Positions 14,049 through 26,273 of a stretch of DNA of 64,000 nt are shown one piece after another. Source of the stretch: Lama guanicoe (taxonomy: Eukaryota); NCBI GenBank assembly GCA_013239625.1, contig MU053810.1:5612071-5676070 (forward strand), given 5' to 3'. Position 1 is the stretch's first letter. The number at the start of each line of letters is the position of its first letter. The notes beneath the pieces are model-generated. The model searched no databases and was not told the origin of the DNA. It saw only the letters and a program-made list of their open reading frames with translations. The translations under genes and the position numbers were made by a program.

Positions 14049-15359
14049 CATGTATTGAATATTTGCAATTAAAATATGCTTTCGTATTTGTGAGACAGGA
14101 AATATACAAATTGTTTTTACCAACCATATATGCCCAGTGTTTCATTAAACATTATTAATACAGTCTAGATCTTCTAACATTAGCAATACGTTAATATGAC
14201 CAACAGCACATCTCCAGCTAATCAATCTGAAATTTGCAGCATACTTCTAAACATAACTTTGTATGAACCAGATTGTCTCTAGTTCTTAAATCACTTCCTG
14301 AAGGTAGGTTGGCTGTTTAAAGGATGTGTACTATTTTAGGTCAGTAGGGTACTTTGTGGTGCTTTATTATCAAGTGCTCCATGCCATTGTCCCTTTTCCA
14401 GCCAACTCCCCGATCCTGTAGCCTATTTTTAATATTAAATCTCTCTGAACCAAAGTCATATCTTCCTCGAAGGTTAGACTTTTAGAGCAGTGTATTAATA
14501 ATTTATTACCAAATTACTGAGTCATTTGGCCTCCTTAAGTAGCTAACCTAGTACCAAAAAGATTATTTAAGCAGTCAGATGAGAAAAGCCCAATGTTTCT
14601 GTGGAAACTTAATCATTTTAATACACTGTCTACAGACAATTACAGAGAAATGTAATTCTTTAAAATGTTAACATTTCAGGCCGAAGTCTTTTTCTTTTAA
14701 TTCTTGTTTCTTACCTGATATAATTCCTGCATCAACATGTACTCTATTTCTTCTTCTTCTTTTTTTTAATGTGCGTAAAGAGTTTTTCAGAAGATCCAGA
14801 GTTTGCTTCCCTTCCCCACGTGTAAAATAGCGTCAGGGTGAAATCAACGAATCAGGGAAAATATGTATCTGCAGACCCTCTTTTTTGCAACACCAAAAAT
14901 ATTTTCAGAGTATTTTGTTAGACATTTCAATTGCAACAAGAAGGAACTTTTTACTTCTACTCACAAAATCGACCCCAATTCCAAAAAAAAAAAAATTCAA
15001 CTTTGCACCTCTGCAATTGAAAAAATAGTAATAATGAATTCAATTCTGTATCTTTTGTTATTTTTGTGTGCTCCCAGTATTTTTACATAATGAATGTATG
15101 TTTTTATAGAACTGATTCAGGATTTTTAATTTATTTTTACCAAATATGATCATCATTAAAATTTGCCAATACCCTTTAGTCTCTGTAACTATTATTAAGG
15201 TTGTGTAATAATGTAAGTGTAATAATCTAACAATAACTTAAGAATTTCTTAAAGATAGGTCCCAGAAGTGAAGTCATTTAAGATACTTATTAGTCTAGAT
15301 ACAAACAAAAAGAACTTTGTTTTCCCAAAGGGTTGTACAAAAGTAAAGAAAAAAAATTC

Positions 15360-15675
15360 AAGGGAATTTTAGGGCAATGAAATTATTCTGTGTGATATTA
15401 TAGTGGTGGCTACATGTCATTATACATTTGTCAAAACCCATAGAATGTACATCAAAAGTGAACCCTAATGTAAACTATGAACTTTGGTGGATGATAATGT
15501 GTCCCTGTTGGTTCATCAGTTGCACCAAATATGCCACACTGATGAGGGATGTTGAGGGAAGGGGAGTATATATGTGTGGGTGGGGAGGGCCATATGCAAA
15601 CTCTTTGTATTTTCTGCTCAATTCTGTGAACCTGAAACTGCTCTAAAAAAATAGTCTATTAATAAAAAAAGAAAA
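15360..15675 (+). mobile_element. L1MC-like 3' end
   Basis: catgtcattatacatttgtcaaaacccatagaatgtac...gtgaaccctaatgtaaactatg...A-tail. Confidence 0.85.
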
Positions 15676-16827
15676 GTAAAGTAAAACAAACAAGCAAGCA
15701 ATCAAGATGTGAAAGCATTAAATTTAATGTATCCTTTGTGAATTGATACTTTGCAACTCTATCCATTGTGAACTGGTTACTTTGCAAAGCGTACTAATTT
15801 CACAAGGTAGTGCTATTGTATTTAGTGAGGCTGAACACTTTTTCCAGATGCTAGTAACCAGTTGATTTTTTAGTGAATCTTGTATCCATAACTTTTCTCT
15901 GTTTGTGTTTATTGATCTCTCACTATGTTTTGCATCAATTAGTACAACCTTTGCATGTGCAAAGAAAAGTTTACAGGGTAAAATATTTAAGGACTGAAGC
16001 CATAGCACTTTACACTGCTCTGTGGTTCCCCAGAGGACACGTGCAATAACTATACTTTAATGTCTGTGGACTGAGTGTTCATTGCTATCCGGGAGAATCT
16101 TCCCTGGAAGGCAGGAGCCAGCATTCATTGTTTGATGGTTCTGCCACTCAAGAAAAGGCTCACAGCTGGACATGTAGTCTTTGGGTGTGACTTTTATTTA
16201 GTAGTAGAGAGCCTGTTAAGATGTTCCAGAGTTGTGTATCTGTCATCATTTCTTTTAAGTATATTATCCAAAATTACTTGAAGAAATGTCTTTCTCCTGT
16301 TCTGGCTTGATTTTTTTAAACATTCCATCTTACTAGAAGTCATATGTATAGTCACTTTTTTTTTTCTGCTGTGAATTTAAACTCTAACCTCATAGGACTG
16401 GCAGGGGTAGTGTGAGATATGTCAGTAAACAGTCACAGAATATATCAGATTTACAATGTATTTTCAACCACCGATAAGATAATTTTTGAGAATTTTCAAG
16501 AATATACTTTCTAGTAGCTTTGATTTAGTGCACTCATTTTGCAGAGGGGAAATTTGCCTGGGGAATATTTATATGGCTTGTCTGTGGCTACACAATGAGT
16601 CACTGGCAGTTTTAGGACTGGAAATTGAAGTCCCTGGAATGAGGAAGGGCAATTAATGGGGAGAGAAGCTTCATCAAAAATCAGCTTTGATCATGTTTTC
16701 AAAATATGAAATCTCTCTGACACTTGTTGGAAAAAAGGATACCATGTGAATTTTAAGAGAAAAAAGGATACCATGTGATTTTTAATTAAAATGACTTTTT
16801 TTTAGTAGCTTGCATGTTATAGAATAT

Positions 16828-17800
16828 GTTTGTTTAATCAACACGTGTTTATAGAGCATGTATTCTGTGCCAGATGCTATTCTATGTACTTGGGATAAAT
16901 GAGTGAACGGAATGTTAAAAAAAAAATCTCTGCTCTCATGGATGTTAAACTCCAGTAAAGATAATAAGTAAATTGTATTTTAGGTTAGAAGGTAAAAGCA
17001 CTGATTAAAAAAAAAGTAGAACAGAGTAAGTGAGATTGGAGACACCGGAGGGCAGTAGGGGTTGCAGTTTTAAATAGGATGATCAAATAAATCATTGAGA
17101 AGGTGGCGCCAATTGAAGAAAGACTTGAAGGAAGTGGCCATGGTGTGGAAATCTAGGGAGACAATCTTTCCGGTGTCTTTGAGGAGCATCAGTGAGGCTG
17201 GAGCAGAAAGAAGGAGGTTGTGTTGGGCGGGCAGTTGAGGGAGGGTGTAGGAAATGAATGAAGAGGGGATATGAGCCAAGGAGACTCCAGAGGAGCAGCC
17301 AGTGGGTAAGAGAATGACCAAAAGAGAGTGATTTCTTGGAGGCAACCTTGAGAAAGTGAGTAAAAGGACAGGGAGTGGTATTAACCAGGCTAAATGCTCC
17401 CAATAGGTTAAGTAAGATGAGCACTGAGAATTGGCCATGGGATTTAACCATGTATCACTGATGACCTTGAGCAGTCCAGGGAGACTGGTGGGAGAGGGTA
17501 GGCTTCAGAGAGACCCAGAAGAGGAGAACTGAAGTGAGTATGGGCAACTTCTTTTAGATGTTTTTTTGTTTTTTGTGGGGTTTTTTTGCTTGTTTATCTC
17601 TTCTCTTCTCTCCTCTCCTCTCCTCTCCTCTCCTCTCCTCTCTTCTCTTCTCTTTTCTTTTCTCTTTCTGCAAAGGAGAGCAAAGAAATAGGGTGGAAGC
17701 TGGCAAAGAGAATGATGTCCAGGGGAGGTTCTTCAGTGGAGGGAAATTGCAACATGTGTGTGTGCTGAGGAGAATAATTCAGCAAAAAGACTAAAGGTAG
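16828..17800 (-). mobile_element. L2 LINE fragment(s), interrupted by a CT-rich simple repeat (about 17597-17668)
   Basis: aatcaacacgtgtttatagagc...tgtgccagatgctattcta...gagaattggccatgggatttaacc...gatgaccttg. Confidence 0.7.
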
Positions 17801-18007
17801 TGACGTCCACTTAGAGCTTCTGGCAATATCCATACCCTTCCTGAATTCCTACACCAGAAATTTCCTACGTGTGATTCATTCAGTCCTTTTCTGTCATTTA
17901 ATTTAATATTATTCATCAATATTTTGAGAAAGTTCAACTCTCTTGGGCCACTCTTTTTCTGCTTCTTTTTTTTTAATTTCATCTCAGATTTTCATTTATT
18001 TATATTA

Positions 18008-18097
18008 TTGGTAGGGGAGGTAATTGGGTTTGTTTGGAGGAGGTACCGGGGATTGAACTCTAAGCATGCACTCTACCACTGGATCTATACCCTCCCC
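18008..18097 (-). mobile_element. tRNA-derived SINE (Vic-1 type), internally deleted
   Basis: Reverse-complement match to the 411 copy (ggggattgaac...taagcatgcactctaccactg). Confidence 0.8.
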
Positions 18098-18472
18098 ACC
18101 TTTTTCTACTTCTTGTGTATTCACTTCCATTCTCATGAATAAAAAATAAATGTTTTTAAGTAATTATATTACCAGGAAAAACACTTGTCAGCTGTCACCA
18201 TCAGTAAATATATATTGTAAGCCTTGAAAACCTCCCCCAGCACACACACACACACAGTTATAATTATGAAGGGAAGTTATTCATCTGATGCCTGAAATCC
18301 CAAACTTGAAACAATATTAGATTTCTCATCTAATTTTAACTTTGTCAGAATTGTTGACATTGTCCCATTTTGCAAATACTGGACAGACACTCTTCCATGA
18401 AACATAAACAGCTATCATACCCTCACCTTGAGGAATAATTTAGTGGTAATAGTGGTTTAATATATTACTCTT

Positions 18473-18663
18473 TTTTAATTTTTTCATTCCAGTTTTATTG
18501 AGATGTAACTGATACACACTGTGTATTTTTGGCGGGGAGGAGTGGTTGGCAGAGGTAATTAGGTGGGGTTTTTTTTTGTTTTTAATGGAGGTACTGGGGA
18601 TTGAAACCAGGACTTCGTGCTTGCTAGGCAAGCACTCTACCTCTGAGCTACACCCTCCCCCTC
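18473..18663 (-). mobile_element. tRNA-derived SINE (Vic-1 type)
   Basis: ggaggtactggggattgaaaccaggac...ctgagctacaccctcccc; flanking direct repeat aatatatta(c/t)tctt. Confidence 0.85.
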
Positions 18664-18983
18664 TAAATATATTATTCTTAAAATTATATAAATTGGTCAC
18701 ATCTCTGAGCCTTGGACCAATGATTTATACTTTTTAATAACTTCAGTTTCAGTGCTGAAAACTAGCAACTGTTTCTACTGAGCTGAAAGAAGATGCCTGG
18801 ATTCCAGCCAGCCTCAGGCAAGATTAGTTGCCAAAGAGGCTACTGAAGGCCAGCTTGCCAAAGTCATGTTCATTTTCTGGGAAGAGAGGAAGACTTAAAT
18901 AGCTGATTTCTTGACTTCATTGTTTTCCTATTCTACTTACCCGCTTTCCATTGTAGATAAGTAGTGAAAAGAATGCTTTACAA

Positions 18984-19043
18984 AATGAAAAGAAAAGAAA
19001 AGAAAAGAAAAGAAAAGAAAAGAAAAGAAAAGAAAAGAAAAGA
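18984..19043 (+). repeat. (GAAAA)n microsatellite
   Basis: About 11 perfect pentamers. Confidence 0.95.
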
Positions 19044-19854
19044 ATACTTTACAATTTCGAGATATGGGGAAGGGAGGAAAATTCCAGGGTAACAGGCAAC
19101 TCTTTGAATTCTTCCTTTCACAAAACTGCATTACACTGATGAATGAGAAATTATCTGTTTCATTGTACCTTCATTGTGCCTCTGGGGGAGATAAAATTTG
19201 AGAATCTGTGTGTGTGTGTAACAGAGAGAGAGAAAGGGGGTAGAGAGAGGGAGAAGGGTGAGGGGCTCACTTCAGCAAAGATGGAGCTAAAAACTTGGAA
19301 ATCATCACGACACTTTACAACCTTTAGAAATGGCTCTATGTGTGCCTGGCAGACAGAAAAAGATATGTTTTCTGTTAATAGACACATCAGTTGCATGCAG
19401 GGATTTGTTCTGACTTGTATTTTTATGAGCTGATGCAGGTGTGGAACTTAAATTCAGACTGCTTAAAGCGGACTCTGCCCTCCATCGATTTTTAGTTTTG
19501 TGACCTCACTCAGGTAACTTAACTTCCCGATAGCCTCAGTTCTTTTCATCAGTGAAAATGGAGTGATGAAATTATATATCGCTGGTGAACCAGCCTAGCG
19601 CAGCGCAAGCATTCACTAAAAATTAGCAATTATTGTTATCACTCGTCTTCATAGTCTAACCTTAATAAATTGATGGCTCAAATTATTAATGTAATATGGA
19701 GCAAACCCAAAAATATACTGACTTTAGCCTTTATGAGATTGTCCTGGATTTAGAAGGTAGAAAACTCGGAGAACTCTGTTTAAACCTTAAGAAGACACAA
19801 TTTCCCTGAGTGCAGAATTTACGGACAACTTAAATGCCACTTTTTTTTTTGATT

Positions 19855-20060
19855 ATGATAACATTTATTGAACTAACATTTAGTGAGCATGTCTACATAC
19901 ACTTTGTATATAATAACTCATTTTATTCTCACAACAACTATATGAAGCGGGGACTATTACTGTCCCATTTTTAACTAATGAAAAACACGGGAGACAGAGA
20001 GGTTAAGTAACTTGGATAAGTCACACAGCTGCTAAGCATCAGAGCTAAGCTCCTAACCAC
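19855..20060 (-). mobile_element. MIR SINE followed by a MER5A fragment (about 20067-20121)
   Basis: aacatttattga...ctcacaacaac...cagagaggttaagtaacttg...gtcacacagct; then cagtggttctc...gggaacttgttagaaatg. Confidence 0.8.
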
Positions 20061-21844
20061 TTATAGCAGTGGTTCTCCTTGGACAGCAACATCAGCGTCG
20101 TCTGGGAACTTGTTAGAAATGTTAAATGCCACTTCTGATTAAGAAAATCAATCATCCATAAGGAGTTTTTCTGTGGTGTGAGGAAAAGGATCCCCAGAAT
20201 CCATATTCCAGGTGTGCCTGAGTGTGTATTTACCTGCAGAGTGAAAGAGAGGGGAAAAGGGAGAAGGTTTAAATAAATACTCCTGCAAAAGTAGCCCACG
20301 AGTGACACTGATCTCTGAGCATTGCTTATCCTCAGGACCTTAGCATATGCTGTTCCCTCTTCCTGTACATCTCTCTTCTCAACACACACCAAGGCTAATT
20401 TGTTTTTTTCTTTACCTTTTGAGATATTTCAACTTAAATATCATCTCAGATTGTCATCGTATCTTCCTGATCCCAGCATTTAACTTAGAATTATGGCACT
20501 AATGGTTCCAAGGTAGTTAGTACTCAGTACACGCATGTGGTTGGTGTTTTGGTTTTGTTTTATTTTGATTTGATTTGTTTTTGGCAAAATTTAATCTCTT
20601 CATCAGTGCATAGGAGAGTCACACAAAGTTTATAACTTTTCCTGTGCTCTTGAGAAAATTAAAGCTAATATTTTAGCTTCTACTTAATTACAACAGGGAT
20701 GAATTTGCATAGATTTATCACTATCAAGTCTGTTAATATTTTCAAGTTAAGCCACATGGCAGGCCAGTCACATCTGAGATTTTCGTGATCAGATGGATTT
20801 GAGTAGTAATTTTGTGACATTTGCAAAGCAAAGTATACTGTATTAATAAAAATGGGCTTCATCTCAATGGCCCGTGTCATTTTTGAATTTTTTGAGTCAG
20901 GAATGCTCATTATCAGTAGACAGGTGATGATTTTGTTTCTGAAGAAACCAACAAAGCAGGGGTTAGCAATCAATTTTCTCAGAGAGATCCAGATGTCTTC
21001 CCAGGAAAAGAAGTTAATTCTTCTAAACTGTGAGAAGAGATGACAGTGTGTGAAATGAGAGAATCACCTTCTCAGCCAATATGAGCAGATGGTACAAGAC
21101 AGAACCCTTTCCTCTTGGTCCTTGGCCTCAGAAGTCTCCCATTTTACTTCTTTTCCTAAATATGTGGGTCTGACCAGCATGGCAATGAAGTGTCTATCTA
21201 TCCCATGGAATGTGAAGGTGAGGAGGAAACAACTGAAGTCCAGTGTGCCATTGACTTAACATAGTTCTATACATGGGGAGTCCCATTTTTCAGTCCTATA
21301 CATTTGAAGCCTTGAGTATTCTGGATGGGGCACAGATTTGCCTAGCATCAAGGTAGCCTTGGGTTACTATGAGATATTGATTTTGCACAAGAACATTGCT
21401 TTAGGCTTCATGTGAAGATTTCATACAGAAACTGGTGACCCATTTGGGGTCCAAGATGCCAGTTCTCAATAGCTTATGACTCTTATCCTTTTGGCTTTTA
21501 AGAGAAAAAAATACAAGAATAGTCAAGAGAAAGGATTCTGGAAATATAAATGATTGATAACAGTAGTATACAGCATCAAACAAGCAAATTTTATAAATAC
21601 AAAGGAAAAAGTGTTAAAGAAAAAAGGTGATGCTTTGTGTGTAAATCTTTGACATAAATTGGAAAAAGACAGAAATTAAAGAGTAGATAGAGGCATAAAT
21701 TGATCCAATTAACTAAAGTGTCCTATAAGCAAAGAACACACGTTTGGAATGAGAGTCCTGAGGGTAAAAGTGAGTGATCCCAGGTGAGTTATTAGGAGAC
21801 ATTAGGTGCAAATTGCATTTGGAAGAAGGCCTGTGTGGCTACAA

Positions 21845-22412
21845 ACTTCCCTCTTGGGACAGCTTTTACTGCGTCCTAGAGGTTTTGTATGGTTGTGTTT
21901 TCATTGTCATTTGTCTCAAAGTATTGTTTAACTTCCTCTTTTTTATTTTTATTTTTTAATAGAGTTGGTTTACAATGTGTTCATTTCAGGTGTACAGCAT
22001 AGTGATTCAGTTATACATATGTATTCCGTTTTGTTTTCTTTTTCATTAGAGACTATTAAAAGATATTGAATTTAATTCCCTGTGCTGTACAGTGGGACTT
22101 TGTTGTTTGTCTATTTTATTTATAGTAATTTGTATCTGTAAATCCCAAACTCCCAGTTTATCCCTCCACCCCTCCTTTCCCCCCTGGTAACCATAAGCTT
22201 GTCTTCTATGTCTGTGAGTCTGTTTCTGTTTTGTAAATAAGTTTGTGTCTAATTTCCTCTTTGACTTCGTCATTGACCCACTGGTCTTTTAGTAGCATGT
22301 TGTTTGGTCTTCATGTAAAAGTCCCCCACCCCCCATTTCTGTTTCTGTGGTTGATTTCTAGTTTCATGCTGCTGTGGTCAGAAAAGATACTTGAAATAAC
22401 TTCTATCCTCTC
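21845..22412 (-). mobile_element. L1 ORF2-region fragment split by a younger L1 3' end (21942-22249)
   Basis: The outer halves are colinear L1 antisense sequence; the inner element is flanked by TSD taa(c/t)ttcctcttt at 21929-21941 and 22250-22262. Confidence 0.85.
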
Positions 22413-23284
22413 AAGTTGGTCGAGGCTCGGTAAGTTGCGTTTTGGAACTGGTTGGTGAAGAAGGAGTAGGAAAGGAATTATGTGATGTACCTGTCAGGAC
22501 AAATACTACAGAAGTTCAGCTAATCACATTGAAGGAACCCGAGAGATCAAGAGTACATCTTGTGATGAACCTCTCCTGGACTTAAGGAAATGACTGCCAG
22601 CTGTTCTGACTGAAGACTACTTGAGGCAGAACGACCCAGAAAGTCCATATGGTACCAAAGGCAAAAGCTTAATTAGATACATCACTTCTAACTGCATAAA
22701 TCCACACTCCCGGGAGGAAGGAGATTAATTGTAAAGCACATGTTGGGAGGGTGACTTTCAAAAATGCAAGAACTCTGGAGGCTAAACCATGCTACTATTT
22801 AATAGTGACTATCTTTGGGTGAGGGAGTTTAAAGTGAAGGCTGTTTGTCCCTCTTTCTACAGTGGGTACACGTAACTTCTATAATGAAAAGTATTTTAAA
22901 GTGTGTACTGTCACAGATCCAAGGAATAAAGTCATGTGGCTCCTTCTGTATGCTACACTAAACTTTACTTTGTAGTCACTGATGTATTGTAAAATTGTTG
23001 AAGGTCAGTGTATTGTTGTAAATATTTAAAAGAGCATTGCCAAAACTCAATGTAGAGGGTTTTTAAAAACTGTTTAATGATTTAAACCTGGAAACAGGTT
23101 TCAAAATGACTGTGTAATTAAAAGCTACACCTAATGATTAGGAAAGGACTTTTAAAAATCTTATTTTGTTCAAAAGGAAATGAGATCCTGTGTTTGGCTT
23201 TTGCTCTTGTTATGAAGTTCTTAAAGACAGAAACTTTGTATCCTCACTGAGGTGTGCCCTGAACTTGTGGCAGGGTGATTTTCC

Positions 23285-23440
23285 TTTTTGGTTTTTGTTG
23301 TTGTTTTGTTTTTGTTTTTGTTTTTTGGTGGGGGGTAAACTAGGTTTATGTATTTATTTTTTAATGGAGGTACTGGGGGTTGAACCCAGGACCTCATGCA
23401 TGCTAAGCACGTGCTCTTCCACTGAGCTATACCCTCTCCA
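23285..23440 (-). mobile_element. tRNA-derived SINE (Vic-1 type)
   Basis: ggaggtactgggggttgaacccaggacctcatgcatgctaagc...ctgagctatacc with a T-rich tail. Confidence 0.88.
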
Positions 23441-23738
23441 CTTGATTGGGTTTTAAATGTCAACACTTGTGATGATGGGACCGGAAGTCCTTTATGGGAT
23501 ATAATTGTGCTTCCTGGTAATTTTCTACCGTGCTGGTCCCGCTACAGGTAATCCTCTGGGAAGATTAGGTATCCCCTACCATGTGTGTTGGCGTAGAAAA
23601 ACTCATCTCTTCCTTATGAATTTTGCTGAAATTTGGAATGTGTTTTCTATCCCCCATGCATTTTACATTCACTTCATAACAATATAAGCAATCTCCTTAT
23701 TAATTTATATATGATACCACAGTGGGGGTGCATTCTAT

Positions 23739-23866
23739 CTTTTTTGTGATGGGGAGATAATTAGGTTTATTTATTTGTTTATTTTTTAGTGGAGATCCTA
23801 GGGACTGAGCCCAGGACCTGGAGCATGCTAAGCATGCGCTTTACCACTGAGCTACACCCTCCCCTC
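23739..23866 (-). mobile_element. tRNA-derived SINE (Vic-1 type)
   Basis: cccaggacctggagcatgctaagcatgcgctttaccactgagctacaccctcccc. Confidence 0.85.
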
Positions 23867-24849
23867 TCCATCTACAACTTTTATTCTCAAGCCTCTGTTC
23901 TACTATATTTTCTAGCATTTATGTCATGAAGACTGGTCTTAGCCCAGAAATGAGAGGAAGAGGAGAAGGGAGGAAGGAAGACAGGGAACGAGGGAGAGAG
24001 GGAGGGAGGGAGGCAAAGGAAGGAAGATTTTCTTAAGAATGCCTTTCTTTCATTTGCGTGTGACTTTTACAAAATAATCCCCACCACCACCACACTCAGA
24101 CAAAAATGTAGTTTGGAATGCAGTGATAGAATTTTATTTTCCTCTGAGAAACCTGGAAGTGTGTATTTCTTCCTAAATAAAATAAGTAATCCCATTAGAA
24201 CAGAAATGAGTATCTTTCCTTCTCAAGCCTCAGTCACTTTATTTATAAGGCATTTGGGCTAAATTGTCCTGTGAATCTTAACTCGAGCTAATAAATCAGC
24301 CAAGCTTTGAAATTTCTTTATAATTATGGTGATAAGAATTCCCACTGTTTATTTCAGGGACTTTCTCTGGAAGGGTAGTTTCTCAGTTGGAGAAGCAGTT
24401 CCAAGTCATTTTGAGCTCCATGAAACTCATTGCTTAGCGCTCTGATTACTTTCACACCCTAATTAAATGGTCGAATCTCTCTCTTGCATCTTGTTTAGGA
24501 AATCACAAGCAATCACGAACAGTCTGATACTAGGATTGATGAGCATTATTTAATTTCTGTTGCCCAATAATGTATATAATATTTACTAGCTAGGAATTGT
24601 CCTACAACATAAGATATACTTCCTGCCACAAAGTAATGGAAAGAGATCAGTAAATGAAAAAGAAAAGGGGGGGGAAGAGAGAGATTACATGTTTCATCTT
24701 GGAGAGAATGTTTCATCTGAAACAGAAACATGCTACACACCCCATGTGCCTGTTTCTATAGAACCAAAAAGCCCTTTCCAGCTGTTTACATTTTAGATGC
24801 AAAATGGCAATTTGACATAGACTAACAGTGTGATGTGAGCATCTGCGTA

Positions 24850-25370
24850 AAAAGGCTACATATGGAGCATGCCCAGTGCGGGGAGAGCGTCCTCCGCCCT
24901 CCCCCTCCAGATCTCTGAAGATAAGGCTTGAACTTTGCACTTGCAAATATCAGTGCATACATTTTGCACTAGATGGGGTTGTTTTTTATTGGGTTTTTTT
25001 TTTAAGGTTCTCTGACAACTAATTTCTTTTCCCAATCCAAGAGCAGGGCAGAAAAGAGGGTAATAAGATGCATTAAGTTTAGGACGAGTTTGATGCCTGT
25101 GTTTGAATGCAGTTGAAGTGTTCTTTATTTTTAAAGCAATAGAAAGCATTCGAGTGTTTGTTTCCTCTCCCCACTGGAATGGGAGAGTAAGAATCTCCTT
25201 GGATTGGAGTCCTCCGGGATAGGAAGTGAAAGCCCCGGAGGCAGAGACGGAGGAGAGGGGTTTGCCCAGAGCATGGATAGGAAACGAGAAGGGCTTCTGC
25301 AGGGCTCAGCGCGCACTGAGGATCTGCGCCCGGGGCTGCAGCTGCGGACGAGAAAGGCGCTGTCTGGCTA
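24850..25370 (+). promoter_or_regulatory. CACNB2: Putative beta2e internal promoter and 5' UTR
   Basis: Repeat-free and locally CpG-enriched (e.g. gcgcgcactg, ctgcgcccgggg), with a GC-box-like cctccgccctcccc near 24891, directly upstream of a first coding exon. The TSS cannot be determined from sequence. Confidence 0.6.
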
Positions 25371-25439
25371 ATGAAGGCCACCTGGATCAGGCTTCTGAAA
25401 CGCGCCAAGGGAGGAAGGCTGAAGAATTCGGACATCTGT
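25371..25439 (+). CDS. CACNB2: CACNB2 alternative first coding exon, beta2e isoform N-terminus (MKATWIRLLKRAKGGRLKNSDIC)
   Basis: ATG at 25371; 23 codons match the known polybasic CaV-beta2e N-terminus; followed directly by donor GTAAGC at 25440 (phase 0). Missed by the ORF track because it is short. Confidence 0.96.
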
Positions 25440-26273
25440 GTAAGCTCACGGGCTCTCCTTTGCGAGAGACGTTGTTTGGTCGTTGTTTCGGCTGCTGTTG
25501 CAGTGAGGGCTGTCTGGGGCTGGTGCGATTAGTAATACGATCCCGATTGCCAGAGCAGGGAGCGGGAGAGAGTCCTGAAATCTCCTGGGCTCCCTTTCCT
25601 TTGCTGTGATTTATTGCCATCGGCGGGATCCCCGGGCAGGTGTTTTTCTGTAGACAGCTTTTGTGAAATATCTATTTAAAGGGATTGAAAGACGTGTTGC
25701 TTAAAGACTGAGCGGAGCTGGCGGCTGTGGTCTTCCAGTTTTGTCAGAGGAGGTAGCAGGTGACTACAGAGGTACAAAAGGATGCTTAAGATGAAAGTGG
25801 GAGCCCTCTAGGGTCGTGACATTGCAGAGAGTTCACGTTTATAACGCGTTAGACTTGCCTTTTATTATTTTCTTATTAGACTGTCTTCTTTCGAATTGTA
25901 AATTCCTGCCTTAGCGTGTAGGCTGTTCTCCAAGCTCTCCTTGAAACCCAGCAGTGTCCTTCCTACACTGCACCACGGGGCTCGCTTAATTATGCAAGAA
26001 CTTGTTCTGGCTTCCAGAAAGGCCGGTCGTGGGAGCCTCACATTGGGGAAGGAGTGGTAACTTGGAAGGACTCGTAACCAGGACAGCGCGCTCTCCCAGG
26101 GAGTGGTCTGCAAACCGAAGTGTGGTTGGTGTGGCTGGTTTGCCCCCCGGAGCGGACTGTGTTCTCCTCCTTTCAGGAATGCAGAGCTCAGTCTAGGAAG
26201 CTGATTGCCACCTCTTCCAATGCCGCGCGTCTTGGGTGGGATCGCTTTTTAAAATGTCCGTTTTCCTCTCCAG
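25440..26273 (+). other. CACNB2: 834-bp GT-AG intron joining the beta2e exon to the shared exon
   Basis: GTAAG donor and polypyrimidine-CAG acceptor, compatible phases. Confidence 0.93.

Larger units (their letters stand above)
1..24850 (+). other. CACNB2: CACNB2 intronic sequence relative to upstream-promoter isoforms; upstream flank of the beta2e promoter
   Basis: CACNB2 is known to have several alternative first exons upstream of beta2e; none was recognised here. Confidence 0.7.

Noticed and set aside
25226..25609. 127-aa ORF over the beta2e exon
   Set aside because: Different frame from the recognised beta2e peptide; non-ATG start; no homology recognised.
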